Source of the DNA: Azolla caroliniana
Taxonomy: Eukaryota > Plantae > Polypodiophyta
DNA: 64,000 nt
Direction of reading: 5' to 3'
Assembly (NCBI GenBank): GCA_043228905.1
Contig: JBHGNT010000010.1
Coordinates: 8,060,001-8,124,000, forward strand
Part shown: positions 61,736-64,000 of the stretch, piece by piece
Numbering within the stretch: position 1 is the first letter of the stretch
Layout: each line of letters starts with the position of its first letter
Position numbers and translations under genes: made by a program
Notes under the pieces: model-generated
The model's database searches: none
Seen by the model: only the letters and a program-made list of their open reading frames with translations
Told to the model about the DNA's origin: nothing

Positions 61736-64000
61736 CTCCTATAGAATGATTCACTTACAACTTGTTTTATTTTTCAAGTCGACACTCCTAATTTTCAACT
61801 TGTAGTCTGGCTCCGGTATGGTGGCATAATTGGAGATAATTTTAGTTTGTTTTTTGTTTTGGTGTTGACTAGGTGCCTACACATATTTTCATTTTGCATG
61901 TGATGGAAAGGTATTTGAGTGTATCTATTTATTGTGTTTGGTTTCTTTAATTAACGTTTCGAGCAACATCTATGCATATTTGGCCACAATTTGTCTATTT
62001 TCTTAACCCTTATGAAAATGCCAAAGACTACTGTATTTTTAAAATCTCTCAAAACATCGAATTTCCTACGGAAAAAAGAATATAAAAAAGAGGGAACTTG
62101 CCATGAATTGTTTTAATGTTATTTTTAACATTTTCTGGCGTGGCTTCCAATGATGTCTTTACAAATCTTTTTGTACTTATCAAAACTATGTGAAACAACC
62201 ATTTTATTGTATAGTGTAATGTTATAGTTGATAAGTTTACATACACACATATACATACTAGAGTTTTGTCAGCCTTACATAGAAATATTAAATTTTGTCA
62301 TGTCAAAGGTTTCAAATTTTTATATGCTATAGTGTGACTCCTTACAACAAGAAGCAAAGATTTTGTAGGAGAAAGAAAATGAGGACAAAATATCTACGGT
62401 GTGTGAAGCCTTTCGTTTCTCCCAAGAAGAGGCTTATGATAGTCTTATATTATAAACCAAAATAGGGAGAATAGATCAACGAAAGATCATAGATATTAAC
62501 AATACATTTATTCGGAAAGTAGAAACTTATAATACTTTTTTGGCAAGCAAAACTATGATCCATAGTAAACATGCCCTTTGGATAAGCCCGAATTTGTATT
62601 GAGATGAAAACCGATGAAGGGAATCCACAAGCGCTTTACTTTAACACTAAAGAAAAAGCATAAATTGTAGGTTTGTGGATCAAGGTTTTTATTCTACTAA
62701 GATGGTATCAATATGTTTCTAGAAATAGCATGGGTATAGATGATATATTGAAGGGATGGGTGATTTTTATATAAAGTTGAGTGCTTTTAAAATAGCCTCA
62801 CTTTTTCCGGTGTTGATAAATTATTTGTCTTGGCCTTAAAAACAAAAAAGAGATACTTTGTGGACCTTGGTATGTATAATACATGCACGCCTAACCTAGA
62901 ATAGGCCCAATATACACCTCTAGTATATGCTTATGAATCATCTCCAAATAATATTTCTCAATCCATCTAGGGTTGATCTATGGAAAACGTTGCTCACTTT
63001 TGTAATAAAATAACATGTTATTATAATTTCAATTAGCGAATCCAATAACAATATATTGTGAGCTAGTTTCAATTAGTGAATCCTAAATTGTGAGTATGCT
63101 CACAAGCTATCTCATTAGTGTTAGTTGATGATTTCCATGCATAATTCAAACTTTAGTTAGGTGCCCTAAAGACATGATGTGTTGCAAATATAGCAAGTAA
63201 ATTGCTAGCTCCCTAACTCTAGAAAAGGTATTTATAATTTATTCTCAATTACAAATTAGAAGTGTGGCATACCAAGCATAGTTTTGATACGAATGATTGT
63301 TTTTTCCCACTCCTAAGAGCATTGACATGGATGTTCTACTAAATTGAAGAAACTTTATGGTAGTTAAGGAAGAGTCTAGTACAACAATTAGTAGTAGCTG
63401 GTGGGCAACTTAAACATTTAAATACATTGGTGCAAGAGAATTACTACCTACATGAGTACAATTAAGCATAATAAAGATGTCTAAGAAAACTACAAAGTTT
63501 ATTGAATATAAAGAAAAACAAGGCACTCACGCATGATAGGATTATCATTACAATACAATAGTTTGTTGAATCTTGGGAAATCATCAATATTTTTTTGAAA
63601 AAGAGAACGATCACTTGTAATCCAAGGAACATTGAAAAATGATCATCCGTCCAAGGTCATCATACTTTTGATTCCCCTTGTTGGGTTCTCAAACAAATAT
63701 TGTGGTCATATCACCATTTTTAGGAGGGTATGTCATTGTAGGTTTTGGTTGGCATTATCCCATCTTAATTATGATGTTTTCCATTTATAAATTCCAAACT
63801 CAATAGTAGGTTTTCTCTTTAGTTCATCTTTGATATTAGATATGTTATAGATTACTTGGATGACATTTCATGATCTTTTGCTTTGTAATTGAATGTTCAT
63901 GTAACACTCCCATAAAATATCATCTTTATTGTATAGAAACACCCCTAAATCAAATATGTTAGATCTTAAAGGCTTTTTTCTTTCTCAAAAATGTATGAAG

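Noticed and set aside
62300-64000. Possible MULE/SWIM-like remnant (RYFVDLGMYNTCT)
   Set aside because: A single weak motif in stop-riddled AT-rich sequence.

Overview
Eukaryotic land-plant genomic DNA (fern-like by the style of its PPR remnant and TE content; inference). There are two apparently intact spliced genes on the + strand. One is a membrane-anchored GH9 endo-1,4-beta-glucanase (6 exons, 13714-19083). The other is a cytochrome b561-domain protein (4 exons, 21932-31850) whose 8.4-kb third intron is filled with nested transposons. The rest is mostly decayed transposons: four copies of one Ty1/copia family in two LTR subfamilies (one 5.8-kb element with a GATCC TSD and a three-level nest with exact TSDs), a tandemly rearranged Tnt1/Tork-like copia relic, solo LTRs, two L1/Tx1-type LINE relics, hAT-type MITEs and a PPR pseudogene. 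Most interesting signals: (1) tRNA-like A/B-box modules at the same position inside three TGTCAC-type LTR-like elements, plus a tandem tRNA-like array inside a MITE; (2) an acidic then Arg-rich reading frame continuing after RNase H between two PPT-like motifs in the copia family; (3) a conserved stem that loops out the PPT/U3 junction. Coordinates were read by eye. Identity estimates are approximate and no database searches were run.
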